In this document: positions 59,901-64,000 of the stretch, one piece after another
Numbering within the stretch: position 1 is the stretch's first letter
Layout of the letters: each line of letters begins with the position of its first letter
Source: Euglena gracilis
Lineage: Eukaryota
Reading direction: 5' to 3'
Assembly (NCBI GenBank): GCA_039621445.1
Contig: CP154954.1
Span: forward strand, 48,525,847 to 48,589,846
DNA length: 64,000 nucleotides
Notes under the pieces: model-generated
The model's input: only the letters and a program-made list of their open reading frames with translations
Told to the model about the DNA's origin: nothing
The model's database searches: none
Program-made: the position numbers and the translations under genes

Positions 59901-61685
59901 AATTTTTGCAATACCTCGTTGGGTGGGTGTTGAGGGTAATGGGGGGTGTGGGGGGGTGAAGGTATTCCCCCCCCACAAAGGATAGTGAGGCGGCAATCTT
60001 TGCAGTGTATGGTGGGGCATGGAGGGTGGGGGGTTTGTGGGGGGTCTGGTGGCGAATTTTTTTTGCCAAAGGGGTGCCAATCTTTGCAAGACCCCAGGCA
60101 ACTCGAAATTGCAAAAAGTGATCAAAATGGTCTACTGGGAGTCTTTTTTGTCGTTACAAAACAGGCCCCAAAATCGACCATATGTCATATCTCCAATTTT
60201 TGTGAGAAATTTGACTCCCCCTAAACGTGCCCAACCAAAGGGCATGGAAAGGGTACAGGGGAAAAAATGACGAGGAAAAAATGATGGGAAAAATTGGGCT
60301 GTTTTTCCGTCATTTTTGTTTCCAGTCATTTTTGTTTGGATTGTATTGGTCCCAAATCCTTTTGGATGATTTCTCCCCGCATTGCATCCAGACTGGGCTC
60401 GAAGTTAGTCCCTTTGTCTTGCATTCGATCTAAGCCAGGCACGCAGATGGGATGCTTCAAAGCATTTCTCAGGGAACGTCTGAAATGACAGAGATCATTT
60501 TTCTCATTTTCTCCCAAAAAAGTGCCAGTGAACTGGGGTCGCTGGGGAACACTGTGATGTCTTTGAGACTTGCTGAGATCTTTTCGATTTTTTTTTACCT
60601 TAAGCAATCACGTGGCAAGTTATTCAGCAAAGGGGCCAACAAGTTTAAAGGATGGCAAATTGGGAAGCATTAGGCGGGGACGACAGAAGATGTTGCCCAG
60701 AGGGGTTCTGGTGAATGTAAATTTTTTTTCACTCATCCCCATCCCCCTCGTTTGTGTGCTGAGAACCCAGCATCAGAATTCTTGCAAGAAAGTTCTGTGC
60801 TCAGTTTGCCTCCGGGTTCTGGGTTCTAAGGTTCTGTGTGCATTACCTTCCGCAGTATTGCCAGCGCTCGAAGGATTACTCCGACGCTGTCCCCATTTTC
60901 CATGAGTATCTTGCAAACAGGACCCGAGGTTCGCTCTCTCCCATCCCCACTCACATTGTCCTTCTATCGCCACATGGACACGTCCTTCGGAGGAACACGT
61001 TGGGGACACTTTGGGGACATGTTGCACACTTTTGGGTGGGTGCGCTGCGCACTTTCCATTTCTGAAGAAAGTTTCAGAGGTACACACCTTCGCCAATTTT
61101 TCGATTTTCAATACGTTTATTTCCCCAAGAATTTCCCCCATTTTTCTCTCATTTTTTCCCGTTTTTTTTTTGGATTTCTCAACCATTTTTGGATTCTTTT
61201 GATTTCTTTTTTGATTTCCATTTTTTTTTGCTTTTTATGCAGTCTGTGTTGCAGTTTTTCAATGCTGTTGGCCAACTTTGCGTTGCAGAATTCATGCACT
61301 TTTTATGGGCCGGCTAGCATCCTGTCCCCCCCACCCCCACGCAAAAACAACACAGCGCAGTGCATTGCCATTGAACACCGGAGCCCCGTGTGGCTGCGCC
61401 TCCCCCTCCGCAGGCGATGCGCCGCTGCTGGACCGCATGGCCCGGGCTCTGCTCAAGGCCGGAGCTGGTGCGGAGCTGCCCCGCCTGGGGCACGAGATGC
61501 AGCGGCGGGCGGTGACGCCGGCCCCGGACCTCGCCCGGCACCTCCTTGCCCACCCCACGCTGCCTCCGGCCGCCCGCCCCCGGCCGCCCACTCCCCGGGG
61601 CCCCCCACCCCCGCGGCGGGAGCGGCGGAGGACGGATTCCCCCCGGGACACGGGCAGGGCAGCAGATCCACCGGCCGGGGTGTAA
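39849..61685 (+). CDS. Pentatricopeptide-repeat (PPR)-like protein; exons approx. 39849-39937, 40081-~40190, ~40440-40500, 50097-~50180, ~53958-54064, 54922-54990, 55239-55350, 56422-~56469, 59402-59467, 61414-61685 (others probably missed)
   Basis: In-frame GT-AG joins give PPR motifs: CTALFNSLFR|ALSRAKRMDDAWHHFGRM, CRPDSATYCTLLLGFA, WDPPLYAAVLE, REMRERGIRPTPKVYDLLLQ. The start codon and the link between the 5' and 3' exons are less certain. Confidence 0.72.
43774..46001. mobile_element. CAAGCACCTAT-family TIR transposon with perfect 8-bp TSD
   Basis: TIR caagcacctatag / ctataggtgcttg; TSD ataagagc (43766-43773, 46002-46009); subterminal (aaaatggccg)n and internal ctataggtggggg / cccccacctatag. 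Confidence 0.93.
44653..45464 (+). mobile_element. Retroelement-like insertion (ORF1/Gag-like fragment)
   Basis: Flanked by aatggat direct repeats; splits a DTGQDA-repeat frame; ends in a short A-run; encodes a coiled-coil-like stretch and PPTYAEAV. Confidence 0.55.
49778..49829 (+). pseudogene. tRNA-like 3' half (tRNA pseudogene or SINE head remnant)
   Basis: ttgccaa...ccgggttcgatcctgg B-box/T-arm followed by a T-run; no 5' half found. Confidence 0.3.
50662..51000 (+). CDS. 112-aa ORF with SAM (sterile alpha motif)-like domain, carried inside the transposon
   Basis: WFEELL...FRRFEGSLRKEGFDSKETFGFITIEDMARMAIPPGVRRLM fits the SAM pattern (GFD..E.L..LT.EDL..MGI..G.R). Confidence 0.6.
   Translation: MEHAQGDLESSAESSSVASVGVEEVPKEMLLLEVVSTQKEESDYSCPWFEELLSRNPVFRRFEGSLRKEGFDSKETFGFITIEDMARMAIPPGVRRLMEDVKGQLAVLSSTV
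51178..51964. mobile_element. Second free CAAGCACCTAT-family element, nested in 50397-52253
   Basis: TIR caagcacctatg / cataggtgcttg; TSD gtcagcac / ggcagcac (7/8); ggccatttt repeats; cccccaccta near the right end. Confidence 0.88.
57801..58268. mobile_element. MITE with gggtcttatttttg repeats
   Basis: TIR gtaaacccccccc-aaaaataagaccc / gggtcttatttttgggggggg-tttac. Confidence 0.75.
58845..59255. mobile_element. TA-flanked MITE
   Basis: ta(c)n tagtcgtacgacc ... ggtcatacgacta (g)n ta; internal direct repeats tatgaccacccccc-ggtcacaggttgcagg. Confidence 0.8.
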
Positions 61686-64000
61686 GCCACACCAGCACGG
61701 AGCCAGCACCGTTCCGCCCGTTGCCCTCCCCCGCCGAGAATGCAGAAGCCGCAATATATGCGACTTCAACACGCGCATTTCAATACAGTGCGATGAAAGC
61801 CACCACAAAACTGAATCAAAGCACAGGGATCCGTGGGAATTGCCAAACGATGCAACGAGGTCCAAAGCAATGGCAAATGCAAAAAAAAATAGGGAAACTG
61901 CAGATCAATGCGCCCTGTCCTCAACCCAATGCAGCGGCAATGAAATGTTCCGCTGATGGACATTCATTTGAAATCGCCCTCAGCCTTTCTTTTTCTTCAC
62001 CGGGTGGGGGGGGGTTTGCTTCGGACACTGCACCCCTCGAGAGGCTGTCCCTTGCTAGCTTTTGGCTTAGGCGGCGCGAATTGCCCAAATTTTTTGCGAT
62101 TTTTTGCACGCTTGGGGTGCGCGGGTTTCCGTTTACGAAACTCACTGTTATGTGCTCGAAATTTTGAGAGGATGGCACCAGCACGAAAATTTGGGTCGTT
62201 AAGGGTCCATTTTAGGCATTTTGACAAAGTGGCGATATTGAGAATTTATGGTCGTTTTAGGGGGGGTTTTGGAAAACACCCCCCTGGAACGCCCTGAAAT
62301 TTTGAAAAACAGAAAACAGTGGGAGAACACCTGGCCTCCGGAGTCCCGGTTGTTTGGTGAGGCTGCCGGACCCCCCCTCTGGAGGGGGGGTGACACGGTG
62401 TTGCAGGTGAAGAAGAGGCAACCGCTTAAGCAACCCGCGCATTTTTGAACATCTCGTGAGTCCCGATGTCCAGTGACGGGGGAGGTGAACAGACAGCACT
62501 GCCCAACAGATGCTACAATTTCTTGGAAGGGATGGTTTAGGCGGTAAACCGCACAAAATGAGTTTTTGTGATGAAGAGATGCTGGCCTAACGGAGGGGAC
62601 TGGACTGGGAATAACGTTAAAAACGAGGTTAGGCGGTTTACCGCGTACAGAAGTGATGATTCCTCAGGCGGAAACCCGCGCAGAAGGGTTTGAGAATGAG
62701 AACAGTTCGTGTTTGTGGATGACATATGGGAGCAGCAAGTGGGAACGCGCTGAAACCTCCAGAAGTCGGTCATCACGTGAAGTTGTTCATGAACAGGTTT
62801 GGGGGAGAGGGAGGGGACTTTGAGACGTTATTGAACGATAGCAGTGCGCGGTTATCCGCCTACTTCGTTTTTAGTTTGCGCGGGTTTCCGCACAGATGAG
62901 GTTTGGTTGTGATGTTTTGGTGTCCCGAAGTGTCGGTGTCAGTGGTGACGTGTGGCGACATCGTTTTTGACAGTTGGTCGGGACAGGTTGAAAGGGAGCT
63001 GTGGCTGCTGCGCCGTGACAGCAAGCAACCGAGCAGGCGGAAACCCGCCTGGCATTTGAGCAGGAGGTGGACACCCTCATCTGCAACGAGGAGGCGGTAA
63101 TGTTCCCCCTGGCCAGTGGTGAAGGGGTGGCCGCAGGGACAGCAGTGGAACGCACGTGTCAGTTGCCAGGCCGGGTGAGCTGCGGTAGAGAAGATATTTT
63201 GTTACCGTCCCGAAAAACGGCCAAAAAACTGAGGTTGATTTCTCAGGAGGAACAAAAGCACCTCCCAGAGCCCTCCTCCTGGAACCCAACGGTCTTGGTG
63301 GCCCGAAATCAGGGTTTGGGGAAGGCTGACGAAGAAGTGATTCAAGATATGGACGGAGAAACGCCTGTTTCAGCAGTTGGTGGCAGCAGTCGAACAATTT
63401 TGTAGGGTTTTGGGAAGGAGTCCTCCAGGTTCTGAGAAAATCAAGGCCTTTTCAATTGTTTTTTGAAACAGTGTTACAGCATTTCTCCTTTGAAAAGCTG
63501 CAGTTTTTGCTGAATTTCAGGCAAAATGCCCAAAGCACCTCTTTTTTCACTGGCTCTTCTTCTTTCGGGGTCGGCAACATGCCTCCGGAGGAGGCAACGG
63601 TGGTCTCCACCGTCAGAAGCCGTGTGGGAGGGGGGGTAAACCAGAAGGCGGTCGTTCTCAAACAACGCCGGGTCGATGTTTGACCCGGTGCATCTGGCTT
63701 CCATCCATCTAACCACTCTCGACACAAGTGTCTCCGGTCCTTTTGGAAACCACCCCTGCTCTGAGTGCCCAAGTTTAAGGGCTGGCCGTCTCTCCTCGGT
63801 TGGTCAACCCCTGCTGGTTCAATCTCCTCTCCCTGGTTTCCATAAACCTCCACCCCTCAAACTCACCACAACACGCCAGACGCCATTCAGTTGCAAACTG
63901 CCTGGCGACCTGGCAACAAAGTCTGTCGTTCGTGTCCTCCGCAAAGATTCACGCCTGTGACTGGTGTCACAAGTAGGGTTGCAAAACTTTGCCAACAAAC

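Overview
Repeat-rich eukaryotic nuclear DNA, most likely from a euglenid (inferred from intron style). Many introns lack GT-AG and instead have base-paired ends of the form N3-CDG...CHG-N5/6. Three + strand genes can be reconstructed by hand. (1) A very long Ser/Thr-rich repeat protein, encoded by at least 17 tandem copies of a ~1.25-kb two-exon/two-intron cassette (90 aa per unit; the gene enters from upstream of the window). (2) EMG1/NEP1 (35556-39183), with five non-canonical introns. (3) A PPR-type protein (~39849-61685) whose introns are packed with nested transposons. Main finding: in two repeat units, a ~1.5-kb DNA transposon sits inside an exon that is uninterrupted in the 15 sister units. 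It has CAG...CTG termini and an 8-bp target-site duplication (TSD). The non-canonical splice rule (3 nt before CAG, 5 nt after CTG) removes the element plus exactly one TSD and restores the reading frame. Free relatives with similar ends and 8-bp TSDs lie elsewhere in the window. This suggests an introner-like system that generates euglenid non-conventional introns. All splice models come from reading the sequence and need RNA confirmation. Homopolymer noise suggests a long-read assembly.
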